A stretch of 64,000 bases of DNA from a virus. Below the pieces are notes generated by a model that did not search any database, had not been told where the DNA came from, and saw only the letters and a program-made list of their open reading frames with translations. Made by a program: the position numbers and the translations under genes. Every line of letters begins with the position of its first letter. Within the stretch, counting starts at the first letter, position 1. This document shows, piece by piece, positions 38,093-48,108 of the stretch. The stretch covers positions 6,102 to 70,101 of the IMG/VR virus record IMGVR_UViG_3300018079_000011. One strand, 5' to 3'.

Positions 38093-39103
38093 GTGACCCC
38101 CCTCATGGCAGAGGACTGGGACGACGAGTGGACGCCGCCGATGGCGGACCGCCCCGCGCTCGTGCTGCTGCCCAAGTGGTCGGGCTGGGACCTCGCGCCC
38201 GCGCCCGGCCGCGTGGTCGTCGAGCCAACGCCCGCCCGACGCCGCGCCGCCTGCCGCCAGCCACGGCCCAAGCCGACGCCCCCGTGGCAGCGCGAGATCG
38301 CATGGCCCCGCCCGCTCGCGCCCACCGGCCTGACCGCCATCGCCGAGGACGGCCAGATCCGCCTGTGGTGGTCGGCCGTGGGCGGCGCGGATACGTACGT
38401 CGTTAAGCGCGCCACGGCTCCCGGCGGCCCCTACGAGGTGATCGCCGATGGGGTGCGCAAGACTCGGGGCACGAATCAGACCGTCGAGCGCGGGACCGTG
38501 TACTACTACGTGGTCAGCGCCGTCAACCAGGCCGGGGTCAGCCCGGACTCGAGCGAGGTGGCCGTATACCTCCCGACCGCCGCAGAGCTCGTCAGCGCGC
38601 TTGAGACGGCGCCGCCGCGGGAAAAGGCCAGGGCACGTGCCGATCGCCTCGCACGGCTAGAACTGGCGCGCATGGGACTGCTCCGGCCGTGGGGCGGGGT
38701 GGCGGGCAAGGCGAGCGGGATGTTTGCGAAGAAGCGACTCAGTATGGGCGAGATCGCGATCGGGAAAATGTTGGTGGACGACGAGATCCCGCGGCCGTCG
38801 TATCCCGAGTGTGCGGACGACCCGGCGCCCTGCTACTACGCCCGCTGTCGGCATTCGCTGCTGGTGGACGTGAATCGGTTCGGCACGATCAAGATCAACT
38901 TCCCCGGATGGGACGTGGACGAGATGCCGGCTACGTGCTCGGTCAAAGAGGCGCGCAAGGGCCCTCGGACGGTGGATCAGGTGGCGTCGATGTTCAATCT
39001 CACGGACGAGGCGGTGCGGGCGATCGAGCGCGACGGGTGGAGGAAGGTCGAGCGGTTGATCGACCCGAGGCGGCTTTGGCGGGGGAAGAAGAGGAGCCAA
39101 TGA
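38093..39103 (+). CDS. FN3 domain fused to a Cys-rich sigma-region-4-like HTH regulator
   Basis: FN3: APTGLTA..I.LWW..YVVKR..YYYVVSAVN..G.S..S. C-terminus: EC...PC..ARC.H.L.VDV..G.IKINFP...TC...VASMFNLTDEAVRAIE. Confidence 0.75.
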   Translation: MTPLMAEDWDDEWTPPMADRPALVLLPKWSGWDLAPAPGRVVVEPTPARRRAACRQPRPKPTPPWQREIAWPRPLAPTGLTAIAEDGQIRLWWSAVGGADTYVVKRATAPGGPYEVIADGVRKTRGTNQTVERGTVYYYVVSAVNQAGVSPDSSEVAVYLPTAAELVSALETAPPREKARARADRLARLELARMGLLRPWGGVAGKASGMFAKKRLSMGEIAIGKMLVDDEIPRPSYPECADDPAPCYYARCRHSLLVDVNRFGTIKINFPGWDVDEMPATCSVKEARKGPRTVDQVASMFNLTDEAVRAIERDGWRKVERLIDPRRLWRGKKRSQ

Positions 39104-40190
39104 GCAAGCACAGCGAGGGGCCGTGGCGGCTGGAAAAGAGGGACAGCAATGTCCTTCCCGGTGACACGTGGGACGAGGTCGTCGACGCCAATGGAGTCGC
39201 TGTTGTCGAGGCATACTCCGATGACGGGGCGGGAAGCCTGCGAGGCGAGACCTGCATGCGTGACGAGGACGCCCGGCTCATTGTCGCCGCGCCGGAACTG
39301 CTGCGCGCCGTGCGCGAGAGCGTCGGCGTTCAAGGCGCATGCGGCCCGTGCGAGCGGCGCGCTGACGACGGTCTGCCCGGGGAATGCTCGTGGTGCGACA
39401 GGGCCCGGGCCCTCATCACCAAAATCGAGAATGGGACATGACCGCTATTCCTTCCCACTGCCCCAACTGCGGCTTGGTCGCCAATGAGGTGCACTCTTCC
39501 GAGCCGCCGAGGTGCATCCGCTGCAAGGAGCCGGTGTGCAAGTCGTCGATTCAGGAGGCGTTTGAGAACGCGCACACGTCGGGCGTCTTCGCGACGAAGT
39601 CTGCGCCGCCATTTCGGACGTTCTCCATGCCGGCGGTTGTGGCCGATCCCGCGCTTGCCCCCGGCGAGTGGTACCTGCGGCAGGAGCGCGAACTGGCCGC
39701 GGCGTTGGAACGGCGGGTGGCAGGCGTCATGCGCCACCGCGAGCGCTACGTGAAGGCGTGGATCGCGCAGACCGGACTCAAGCCATCGGAGGCCGAGATC
39801 GTCGAGGAGCACCATCCCAGCGGGACGGTGGTGGTGCGGGTGAGGAAGCGGCGGGAGGTGGAGGGGTGAGCGTCTTCTACCAGTGCGACTGGTGTCTGGG
39901 GATGTCGAAGCGCCTCGTGAACTGGAGGACCATCGCGCACGGGGATCTGCTGGACCGGATCGGGGGCGCACGAATATCGTGGGGGTGACAGACGGTGGCC
40001 CGGGCGGAATCTACCGTGGGGCATCGTCGCCGTGAAAGCGGGAAGACCGGGGGACACGGCTCTGACCAGCGACGCTCTCTAACAACCGCGCGTCCGCAGC
40101 CGACATCGGCCGGGCAAGCGGGTCACTGCAAATAAGAGATCGACCATCCGGACAGGGACCGGAGGGGATAGTTCGCGATCTGCCCGTTAC

Positions 40191-40643
40191 TTGGGTCACC
40201 CGGTCCACCCAGTGCCCAATGGCCACGTGGAATGGTTCGGCTTCGGCTCGTATCCCGCCCGGGTCCAGCGCGTGTGGACAGCGACCCGGGTGGAGATGGT
40301 GATCGACCTCGGATTCCGTCAGGTGGTCACGTACCCGTTTCACCTCGCCGGGGTGGCCGCGCCGCTGCCGAACGACCCGAGCCCGGTGGCCAGGTCACGG
40401 GCAATGGCGGCGCGGATATTCGTGTGCGACTGGCTGGCCCACGGCGACCCGGGGGCGTGGCCGTTTCGGCTGGTCAGCATCATGACGCCACAGGACCACG
40501 TGAAGGACCGCGGCCTGTGGCAGGCGCGGATCTACCGCATGCGCCCCGACGGTGGCGAAGAGTGCCTCAACGAGGCGCTGCTTGAAGCGGGGCACGCGGT
40601 TGACCCGAAAGTCGGGGGACAAGCCGATCCTGGGGCTCAATAG
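40191..40643 (+). CDS. SNase-fold protein lacking catalytic residues
   Basis: YPARVQRV....IDLGF....LAGV.AP ... LNEALLEAGHA; no DGDT. Confidence 0.6.
   Translation: MGHPVHPVPNGHVEWFGFGSYPARVQRVWTATRVEMVIDLGFRQVVTYPFHLAGVAAPLPNDPSPVARSRAMAARIFVCDWLAHGDPGAWPFRLVSIMTPQDHVKDRGLWQARIYRMRPDGGEECLNEALLEAGHAVDPKVGGQADPGAQ
40604..40641 (+). promoter_or_regulatory. Putative late promoter (terS)
   Basis: CCCGAAAGT-N23-CTCAAT-7nt-GTG. Confidence 0.5.
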
Positions 40644-40648
40644 GCGAC

Positions 40649-41161
40649 GTGGCACCGAGTGGAGAGCGGGGCCGCGGACGAGGGAGAGCCGCGCCCGATA
40701 AGAAGCCAAAGAAGCGGGCCGCGCCCTCTCAAAACAGAGGAAAAACCGGCCCAGTGGCGCCCGGGCGACTGTTCGAGCCCGGCAAGAGCGGCAACCCCGG
40801 CGGGCGACCATCGACCAAGTACATCCGCGAATGGCTCGCGGAGGCTGCCGATGGCAACGGCGGCAAGAGCAGACGGGAAAAATATCTCAACGCCCTCTAT
40901 GAGATGGCCAGCGACACCGAGCATCGCGACTGCGCCAAGGCCGCGCTCGGCCTCATGGCCTACGACTTCGGAAAGCCAGTGCAGACGGTCGAGTTGACCG
41001 GCAAGGACGGCAAGCCGATCGAGACCTCCGACCGCACGATCGACAACCTGACGAGCGAGCAGCGGATCAAGCGCATGAAAGATCTGCTGGACAAGGCGAG
41101 CGTCACCGCCGCACCCAGCGAGCCCGCCCCCGATGGATCTGACCCGCCTCAGTCCGGCTGA
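40649..41161 (+). CDS. terS: Terminase small subunit (DUF5681-type)
   Basis: FEPGKSGNPGGRP; ELTGKDGKPI; overlaps terL. Confidence 0.75.
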   Translation: MAPSGERGRGRGRAAPDKKPKKRAAPSQNRGKTGPVAPGRLFEPGKSGNPGGRPSTKYIREWLAEAADGNGGKSRREKYLNALYEMASDTEHRDCAKAALGLMAYDFGKPVQTVELTGKDGKPIETSDRTIDNLTSEQRIKRMKDLLDKASVTAAPSEPAPDGSDPPQSG

Positions 41162-42584
41162 GCGGGCCGAGCTCGCCGAACTGCTCGAGCAAAGTTTCGG
41201 GGGCGAAGGGCTCGCCGACTACATCCGGCGCACACGGCCGTTTGAGGCGCCGCCGAAGCACCTGATGCCGCTGGTCGGCGCCTTCGAGCGCGCGCGGATG
41301 GCTGGCGTGTTCGGGCGTCCCGGCGTCCGCATCTGCGTATCGATGCCGCCGCGAGCTGGCAAGTCAACCACGGTCCGCAGCGCGATCGCATGGTGGCTGC
41401 TCCACCGGCCCGCCGACCTGTGCATGTACGTCTCGTACAACGCCGATATCGCCGCCCGAGATCAGGGGTACAAGACGCGCGCAGAGGCCGAGCGGGTCGG
41501 GGTGCACTTGGCGTCCAACCGGGCGGCAAATGACGACTGGGCGACCACGACGGGCGGCGGGATGCGGTCCTGCGGCATCAACGCCGGCATTACCGGCCGC
41601 GGGGCCAGCGGCTTTGTGGTGGTCGACGATCCCTATTCGGGCTTCGAGGAAGGCGAAAGCCCGGTGGTTCGGGACCGGGTGTGGGAGACGTTTTGGGGTG
41701 ACGTGATGACCCGTCTTGAGGGGTGGGCTAGCGTGATCGTGGTTCATACCCGATTCAACGAAGACGACTTGATCGGGCGTCTTGAGGCGCAGGGCGGGTG
41801 GGAGATCATCAGCATCCCGGCGATCGCCGAGAACGACAACGACGTTCTGGGGCGCAGTCCCGGCGAGTCTTTTTGGCCCGAGCGCCATCAGTACGCGATC
41901 GCCGAACTGGTCAAGCTACGGGCGGCAAGTCCGCACGTGTTCGCGGCGATGTTCCAGCAGTCTCCGGTGGGCCGCGGCCAGAAAATGTTCGGGCCGCCGA
42001 CGTTCTACGATCCGACCAAGGTCGACTTGACGGGATGCACGGCGGTGATCGGCGTCGACCCTGCGGCGAGCGAGAAGACATCGGCCGACTGGTCGATAGG
42101 AGCACTCCAGGCCATTCGCCACCCGCGCGACGTCACCAAGGCGACCTCTCACGTCCTGAATGTGCTGCGGCGCCAGGTTGGTATTCCGCAGTTTGCCCGC
42201 GAATTGCTCGGATTCCAGCGGAGCAACTGGGGCGCACCGCTAGTGATCGAGACCGTCGGCGCTTTCAAGGCCGTTGCCCAGTCCATCAGGGAGGCGGCAC
42301 CCGGGATCGTGATCGTCGAACTCACGACGGCCGAGGAACTGCACGGCAACAAGTTCCTGCGTGCCCAGCCGTTCGCGTCGGCGTGGAATGGTGGGCGGGT
42401 GCTGGTGCCGAACAACTCGCCACCGTGGCTTGAGCCGTATCTCGCCTGCGTGAAGTTGTTCACGGGCGTGAAAGACAAGCAGGACGACGACGTCGACGCC
42501 AGCGCCCATGGGTTCAACTACGTGACGGGCGGACTGCCGCCGGTCATGCGCGGCTCGGTGGCGCAGCCGCAGCGCTGGCGCTGA
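41133..42584 (+). CDS. terL: Terminase large subunit
   Basis: SMPPRAGKS (Walker A), VVVDDP (Walker B), GVDPA and DDDVDA nuclease motifs. Confidence 0.93.
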   Translation: MDLTRLSPAERAELAELLEQSFGGEGLADYIRRTRPFEAPPKHLMPLVGAFERARMAGVFGRPGVRICVSMPPRAGKSTTVRSAIAWWLLHRPADLCMYVSYNADIAARDQGYKTRAEAERVGVHLASNRAANDDWATTTGGGMRSCGINAGITGRGASGFVVVDDPYSGFEEGESPVVRDRVWETFWGDVMTRLEGWASVIVVHTRFNEDDLIGRLEAQGGWEIISIPAIAENDNDVLGRSPGESFWPERHQYAIAELVKLRAASPHVFAAMFQQSPVGRGQKMFGPPTFYDPTKVDLTGCTAVIGVDPAASEKTSADWSIGALQAIRHPRDVTKATSHVLNVLRRQVGIPQFARELLGFQRSNWGAPLVIETVGAFKAVAQSIREAAPGIVIVELTTAEELHGNKFLRAQPFASAWNGGRVLVPNNSPPWLEPYLACVKLFTGVKDKQDDDVDASAHGFNYVTGGLPPVMRGSVAQPQRWR

Positions 42585-42585
42585 C

Positions 42586-42623
42586 CGCGAAACTGGGGGT
42601 GCCCGCTGTGCCCATGTGAGGCT
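42586..42623 (+). promoter_or_regulatory. Putative late promoter (accessory virion cluster)
   Basis: CGCGAAACT-N23-GAGGCT. Confidence 0.55.
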
Positions 42624-42643
42624 TGGCGCCGAGGAGACAAGCG

Positions 42644-43267
42644 ATGGCGATTCCAAACAAGGCCACGGGATACGGGAACAACTCGACGGCCACGAACGTC
42701 TTCCGGATCACATTCTCCACCGCGTTGAGCTCGGCTCCCAAATACGAGGCGTACGACGGCGGCACATACCCCGCCGTCGGGTCGGCGACGACCACCGCGA
42801 ACACCGTGCTCGCCGGCACCGCTGGCAACTCGAACAAGTCGATGATCTGCCTCGTCGACACCAACTCAGCGCCGACGTCGAGCTGGAAGCCCGCGAGCGC
42901 CACCGGCGGCAGCGCCAACCCGAACCGTCTCAAGGGCACCACGAACTTCGTCACCGCCGGCAACACCCCGGGCGCTGGCGGCGTCGTCAAATTCAACATG
43001 GTGATCGAGGTTCCCTCGGACGCCACCACGTCGAGCACGATGGCGTTCGATCTGCTCATCCGCTACACGTACACCGGCTCGGCCCCGTCGCTCACGTGGG
43101 CGTTCAACGACGGTGGTACTGAGGGAGCGCCAACCTGGACGAACCTGACCCCGGGCACCCACGGCATTCGCCACACGCGGGCCGGAGTCTCTGGCGGTGG
43201 TCCCTACCTGGCCAATATCCCGGCCTCGGGGACAGAGGACACGGCCGAGGGGTGGATAGCAGTCTGA
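42644..43267 (+). CDS. Putative virion structural protein
   Basis: T/G/S/N-rich beta protein with GAGGAG RBS. Confidence 0.55.
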   Translation: MAIPNKATGYGNNSTATNVFRITFSTALSSAPKYEAYDGGTYPAVGSATTTANTVLAGTAGNSNKSMICLVDTNSAPTSSWKPASATGGSANPNRLKGTTNFVTAGNTPGAGGVVKFNMVIEVPSDATTSSTMAFDLLIRYTYTGSAPSLTWAFNDGGTEGAPTWTNLTPGTHGIRHTRAGVSGGGPYLANIPASGTEDTAEGWIAV

Positions 43268-43466
43268 TGCACCCGAAGATCGACGAAGAGACCGGCAACG
43301 CGATCCTCGTCTGCGCATGCGGGGCCGAGGTGGACAAGGGCTGTCCGCCCATCCCCGGGCAGGACGATAGCCTGTTCACCTGCGAGGTCTGCCAGCGCGC
43401 CAAGGATGCGGCGGCCGTCCGGGCGCGCATCGCTGCTGCCGGCGGCCCGGTGGAGTTGAGGGGCTG

Positions 43467-43895
43467 ATGGGATTTGCGTTCTCCACTCGCGGCGGTGAGT
43501 ATGGCTTCGCCGTCGAACTTGCCGACGGTCGTGTCCTCCGCGAGTCTGACGTGACGTGGGATGACGTCCCGGCCGGCGCAGCGGTGCGGAAGCTCGAGAT
43601 CGTCCACCTCCGCACCGGTGTCTCACACGTCTCGATCTCCGACTTCGCGCAGTTTTTCTTCGCGAACGAGGCCGAGGGTTTTCTCACGGTGGGCGGGAAG
43701 CACGACGGCCGCCAAGGGTTGCGCCACGTGGCGAAGATCTTCGGCGGCATCAGCCGCGACGGGACCGTAACGGAAGCGCGCATGACATTCGACGCTCCTG
43801 GGCTCCCGCGTGTCAGTCAGAGGCGCTACGGGTTCGATGGGTTCCCGTACGTCCAGTCAGTGCTCCGGCCGGGCGCCGCGAGCGCGGGAGCGTGA
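43467..43895 (+). CDS. Hypothetical protein
   Basis: Coupled ORF within the cluster. Confidence 0.5.
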   Translation: MGFAFSTRGGEYGFAVELADGRVLRESDVTWDDVPAGAAVRKLEIVHLRTGVSHVSISDFAQFFFANEAEGFLTVGGKHDGRQGLRHVAKIFGGISRDGTVTEARMTFDAPGLPRVSQRRYGFDGFPYVQSVLRPGAASAGA

Positions 43896-43904
43896 GGCTG
43901 ACCG

Positions 43905-44624
43905 ATGGGCGCTCTCGTCACCGCCTTCGAAACCGCCGTCCTCAATCACTGGTTTCGAAACGAGGACATCCCCGGGATTGGCGATGCGGGCGGGCTGCGA
44001 GGGTCCGCTACCGCTGGTAACTGGTACGTCTCGGGCTGCCTGACGTGGCCAGGTGAGACGGCATCGCAAAACAGCGGAGAGGCAACATATACGGGATATC
44101 TGCGCCATCAGGCGGCGCGGAGCTCGGCCGGCTGGAGCGCGGCAGTCAACGGCACGATCGCTCCCGCAGCGCCGATCCAATTCGGCGAGCGGACCGACGG
44201 CGGGGCGGCGCAGGAGATCTGTTACGTCATCATCGGCGACTCGTCAGGGACGGGCGCGGGCACGGCTCGCACCTGGGGCGCGGTGGTGGATGCCTCGTTC
44301 GTCGCACGGCCGTTCTCGGCTGCCTCGACCGCGAGCGACACGATCCGCATCGTTGGCCACGGGCTGGCGAGCGGTGATCGCATTGCGTTCTTCAATTTCG
44401 AAAGCTTTGCCAACATGCCCGGCGGGCTCACCGAGGGGACCGTCTATCACGTCCGCTCGGGCGGGTTGACCGCCGACGAGTTCACGGTAGCCACGACGGC
44501 GGGAGGGGCGGCCGTGGATATCACATCGCTTGGCGATGGCTACGCAATCAAGATCAAGCCGATCGTGGTCGTTCAAGGCGTCAACCCAACCCTGGATTCC
44601 AACTCCGTGGTGAGGCTCGGCTAG
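43905..44624 (+). CDS. Virion fibre/adaptor protein with inserted beta-sandwich
   Basis: FETAVLNHWF...GEATYTGY.R; insert HGLASGDRI...GTVYHV...AAVDIT. Confidence 0.55.
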   Translation: MGALVTAFETAVLNHWFRNEDIPGIGDAGGLRGSATAGNWYVSGCLTWPGETASQNSGEATYTGYLRHQAARSSAGWSAAVNGTIAPAAPIQFGERTDGGAAQEICYVIIGDSSGTGAGTARTWGAVVDASFVARPFSAASTASDTIRIVGHGLASGDRIAFFNFESFANMPGGLTEGTVYHVRSGGLTADEFTVATTAGGAAVDITSLGDGYAIKIKPIVVVQGVNPTLDSNSVVRLG

Positions 44625-44627
44625 CGA

Positions 44628-45995
44628 ATGGGCGCGATGGGGATTAGGCGCCGAGCGCCGTTCTGGAGGGCGCACCCAGTCGGCCGTTACGTGGTCGATC
44701 GCGAAGGGCGACCGGTGCTCATCTGGGGCGAGGGCGCGTGGACACTGAACAGCCAGCTGGCCCCGCTCGCGTCCCACTCGGCTACACCAAACACGCCAGC
44801 AGCGTCGACGCTGGCAGTGGGTCAGCGAGTCTACCTTGCGGATCGCCAAGCGAGGGGGCTGAACTGCTTCGGACTGCAGTTGATCAGCCGATACCAGGGG
44901 AGCTCTCCGAACGACAGCGACGGAGTCGCCCCGTTCACCACCGCGAACGACTTCGCGACCTTCAACCAGGCCTACTTCGACAAGGCCGCTCGGGCCGTCC
45001 AACTCGCGGGCGAATACGGAATGGTCGTGTTCATCTTTCCCGCATGGGAAGGCTACAGCGACGGCCTCCAGGGCTGGCACGACGCCCTGGTCAGCAACGG
45101 TACGATCAAGTGCAAAGACTACGGCGTTGCGGTCGCGAAGACTTTCTACAGGTTCGACAACATCGTCTGGGGATTCGGCGGCGATCGGAACACCTCATTC
45201 GCCACCGCTGAGGTGCAAGCGCTGGCCGACGGCGTGCTCAGCGTGGACACGCGCCACATGAACACCGCCCATTGGAACTTCGCCTCCTCAGACTCGCAGA
45301 CCGGCCCGTGGAACACTACGCGGCCGATAAAAACGACCTACGCCTGGAACTCCGGACAAGGCGGGCCCGTCTACACCCAGGTCCGCACCGAGTACGATCA
45401 GAACACCGGACCGGTGTTCACAATCGAGTCGCTCTACGACGGGAACACCTCGTTCGGGTGGACCCGTCAGCTCGGCCGGACGCAGTCGATCATGACGATG
45501 CTGATGGGCGGCTGCGGATCGTGGTACGGGCACGAAGGGGTCTGGCATCTCGGAGCGCCCAACACGAACCTGCCATCGCAGAGCCAGAATCAGCCCTACA
45601 ACCTCGAAGCCGCGTCGATGACCGATCAGGTCGCTATCAGGGGCGCCTTCGTCAATCGCCGCTGGTACGATCTGGTGCCCGATGCCGAGGGGACGGCGTT
45701 CGTTACGGCAGGGCGTGGGACGTACAGCAACAACGATTACGTTGGCGTGGCGAAAACGGCTGACAGCACGCTGGCATTTCTCTACTGGGCGAGGTCCAGC
45801 GGCTCGTTCACGGTGGCCCGTTCCGGGATGTCCGGGACATTCACATTCAAGCGGATCGATCCGACCACGGGCACTGAGACGGCGGTGTCCGGCTCGCCAT
45901 TTACCAACACCGGGACGGTTACCTTCACCCCGTCGACCGACTGGGGCAACAACGCTGGCGGAAATCCCGACTGGCTGCTGGTGCTGGAGGTGTAG
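44628..45995 (+). CDS. DUF4038/GH140 (apiosidase-like) glycoside hydrolase with C-terminal collagen-binding-like domain
   Basis: GRYVVDREGRP..WGE.AW, YLADRQARG.N, NIVW.FGGD, ESLYD, YGH.GVW, WYDLVPD, DPTTG, DWLLVL. Confidence 0.75.
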   Translation: MGAMGIRRRAPFWRAHPVGRYVVDREGRPVLIWGEGAWTLNSQLAPLASHSATPNTPAASTLAVGQRVYLADRQARGLNCFGLQLISRYQGSSPNDSDGVAPFTTANDFATFNQAYFDKAARAVQLAGEYGMVVFIFPAWEGYSDGLQGWHDALVSNGTIKCKDYGVAVAKTFYRFDNIVWGFGGDRNTSFATAEVQALADGVLSVDTRHMNTAHWNFASSDSQTGPWNTTRPIKTTYAWNSGQGGPVYTQVRTEYDQNTGPVFTIESLYDGNTSFGWTRQLGRTQSIMTMLMGGCGSWYGHEGVWHLGAPNTNLPSQSQNQPYNLEAASMTDQVAIRGAFVNRRWYDLVPDAEGTAFVTAGRGTYSNNDYVGVAKTADSTLAFLYWARSSGSFTVARSGMSGTFTFKRIDPTTGTETAVSGSPFTNTGTVTFTPSTDWGNNAGGNPDWLLVLEV

Positions 45996-46718
45996 ATGCC
46001 TTCCGTAAAATCAACAGACGCAGCACGAGTCTCGACAAACGGAACCGGGCGCCCGTCGCCCACCGGGTCCTGGCACTGGGGCGTTTGGGTGCGCCTGAAT
46101 GCGTACTCCGCGCAATTCATGCAAGTGCTCTCTTGGCACAACGCATCTACGGTGTTTTACGGCATCGACAGTGGCGAAGTGGTCAACAACACCACGCTCG
46201 ACGTCTACTGCACGGGCGCTACTGCACAGTCCGTCGCGACCGGCAGCTACACGGGGTGGGTCTTCGTTTCGGGATCGCACGTGGCCGGGACGTCCAACTA
46301 CAAGATCAGTTTCAGGAATGAGGGCGCAGCGACGCTCTCCACGTTCACGCTTGTTGGATCTGGCGAGCATGCCTTCGATGTCTTCTATCTGTTCAACACG
46401 ACATTTGGGGACCCGTGCGACACGAACCTGCGATCATTCTGGTTTAAGGACTCGGTCCTCAGCGATGCCGATCTGCTCACGGCAAGCAGCAGCCTGAGCG
46501 CGCCAAGCGGCACGAACGTAACGTTCCTTCCCTTGGACGACCACACAACGGCTGGAACGAACGCCGGCACGGGGGCGAATTGGACCGTCACGGGGACGCT
46601 GACCACGACGACGGGCGCGGGCTCGGAGCCTGCGCCGAGTCTCCCTGGGAAGGCCGACGCCCCGATCATCTCCATGGCTTCGCAGAGAATCGCGCGCAAC
46701 ACACTCTTGAGAATGTGA
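45996..46718 (+). CDS. LamG/ConA-like lectin-fold protein
   Basis: WGVWVR, GWVFV, SVLSDAD; ends NWTVTG. Confidence 0.5.
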   Translation: MPSVKSTDAARVSTNGTGRPSPTGSWHWGVWVRLNAYSAQFMQVLSWHNASTVFYGIDSGEVVNNTTLDVYCTGATAQSVATGSYTGWVFVSGSHVAGTSNYKISFRNEGAATLSTFTLVGSGEHAFDVFYLFNTTFGDPCDTNLRSFWFKDSVLSDADLLTASSSLSAPSGTNVTFLPLDDHTTAGTNAGTGANWTVTGTLTTTTGAGSEPAPSLPGKADAPIISMASQRIARNTLLRM

Positions 46719-46728
46719 GGAAAAACCA

Positions 46729-47193
46729 ATGGGCAGAATGTACACGGCTGTTTTCCAGGCGGCTGTGGTCACGGCCGCGCAGGATTTGATCTCGCTGCTG
46801 GCGACATCGACGGTGCGGATTCGTCTGCACGCGGTCTTCATCGCCCAGTCGAGCGATGCGGGTGACGCGGCCGATGAACAACTGCGGATTCGTATCCGCC
46901 GCGGCATGACCACGGCTGGCTCAGGCGGTGGCACCGCCACGCCAGTGGACATCCACAGCACCGGCACCGCCGCGACGGCGACGGCGAGAATCAACGACAC
47001 CACGGCGGCCAGCGCTGGCACCATCACCGAGGTTCACGAGGAGTGTTTCAACGTGCGCGGCGGGTGGGCGTGGATTCCGACTCCAGAGATGCGACCGATC
47101 TGCGAAGTGAGCACGCGGATCGCGATCAACCTGCCCGCCGCCCCGGTTGACCCTCTGACCATGTCCGGGACTGTCTACTTCGAAGAACTCTAG
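46729..47193 (+). CDS. Putative virion protein
   Basis: Beta-rich; ends SGTVYFEEL. Confidence 0.5.
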   Translation: MGRMYTAVFQAAVVTAAQDLISLLATSTVRIRLHAVFIAQSSDAGDAADEQLRIRIRRGMTTAGSGGGTATPVDIHSTGTAATATARINDTTAASAGTITEVHEECFNVRGGWAWIPTPEMRPICEVSTRIAINLPAAPVDPLTMSGTVYFEEL

Positions 47194-47208
47194 TCCGAAG
47201 GGGGCCCC

Positions 47209-48108
47209 GTGTCCTGGGTCTACCGCCCGCCACATCACATTGTCCGTCGACCGCCATTCGTGGCGTTCGCGACGGCTGTGGCGTCGGGAGAGATCGAGGC
47301 GACGGCCCGCGCGGCCAACCTCGTCACCCTCGAAGCGACGACAACGGCCCGGGCCGCGAACCTGGTCACCCTCGAAGCCGCCGCTACCGCGCGCGTCGCC
47401 AGCAAACTGGAGTTCGCGGGCGTCTGGGCGTCGACGTTCAGTTCGTTCGTGCTCATGTCGGGCTACGCCGAGGTCCGCGCCCGTGCGGCCAACCTGGTCA
47501 CGCTAGAGGCGACTAGCCTTGTGCGTCTCGCGCAATTGGTGTCGCTGGAGGCCACCGGGACCGCGCGCACCGCCGGGCTGGTAACGCTGGAATCGACGGC
47601 GACGACTCGACTGGCGCAATTGGTCCAGTTCGAGCCCGACGAGGTCGCCCGACTCGCGAACCTCGTGGCGCTGGAAGCCACCGCGATCGCCCGACTGGCC
47701 AACGCTGTCACCCTGGAGGTCGCGACGAGCGCACGGCTCGCGCAGACGCTGTCACTTGAGCCCAGCGGGGTCGATAGGCTGGCCAACGCGATTGCACTGG
47801 AGGCGACGGTCCTCGCGCGCCTTGCGCAGGCGGTAACGCTGGAGGCCGGCAACGTCGGCGGGCTCGCAAATACGCTGACCCTGGCTGTTGAGGCGACGGC
47901 GCGTGTTGCCAACCTGCTCAGCGCCGAAAAGACCGACCTCGGCCGACTGGCGAACAGCACCGTGTTCACCGAAGCGTCTGATAGCGCGGGGCGGCTGGCC
48001 AATCTGGCGACGTTCTTCGCCGCGTCCACTGGCACCCGCGTCGACCTGCCCGGATCCAGCGGGAACCAGTCAAGGCCAACGCTTTCGGGAGAGAGGAAAG
48101 ACCAATGA
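47209..48108 (+). CDS. 14-aa tandem-repeat fibre-like protein
   Basis: About 15-16 copies of RLA(N/Q)xVxLExxxxA. Confidence 0.65.
   Translation: MSWVYRPPHHIVRRPPFVAFATAVASGEIEATARAANLVTLEATTTARAANLVTLEAAATARVASKLEFAGVWASTFSSFVLMSGYAEVRARAANLVTLEATSLVRLAQLVSLEATGTARTAGLVTLESTATTRLAQLVQFEPDEVARLANLVALEATAIARLANAVTLEVATSARLAQTLSLEPSGVDRLANAIALEATVLARLAQAVTLEAGNVGGLANTLTLAVEATARVANLLSAEKTDLGRLANSTVFTEASDSAGRLANLATFFAASTGTRVDLPGSSGNQSRPTLSGERKDQ

Noticed and set aside
39988-40190. Possible ncRNA or ribozyme before the SNase-like gene
   Set aside because: No recognisable core motif or convincing nested stems.
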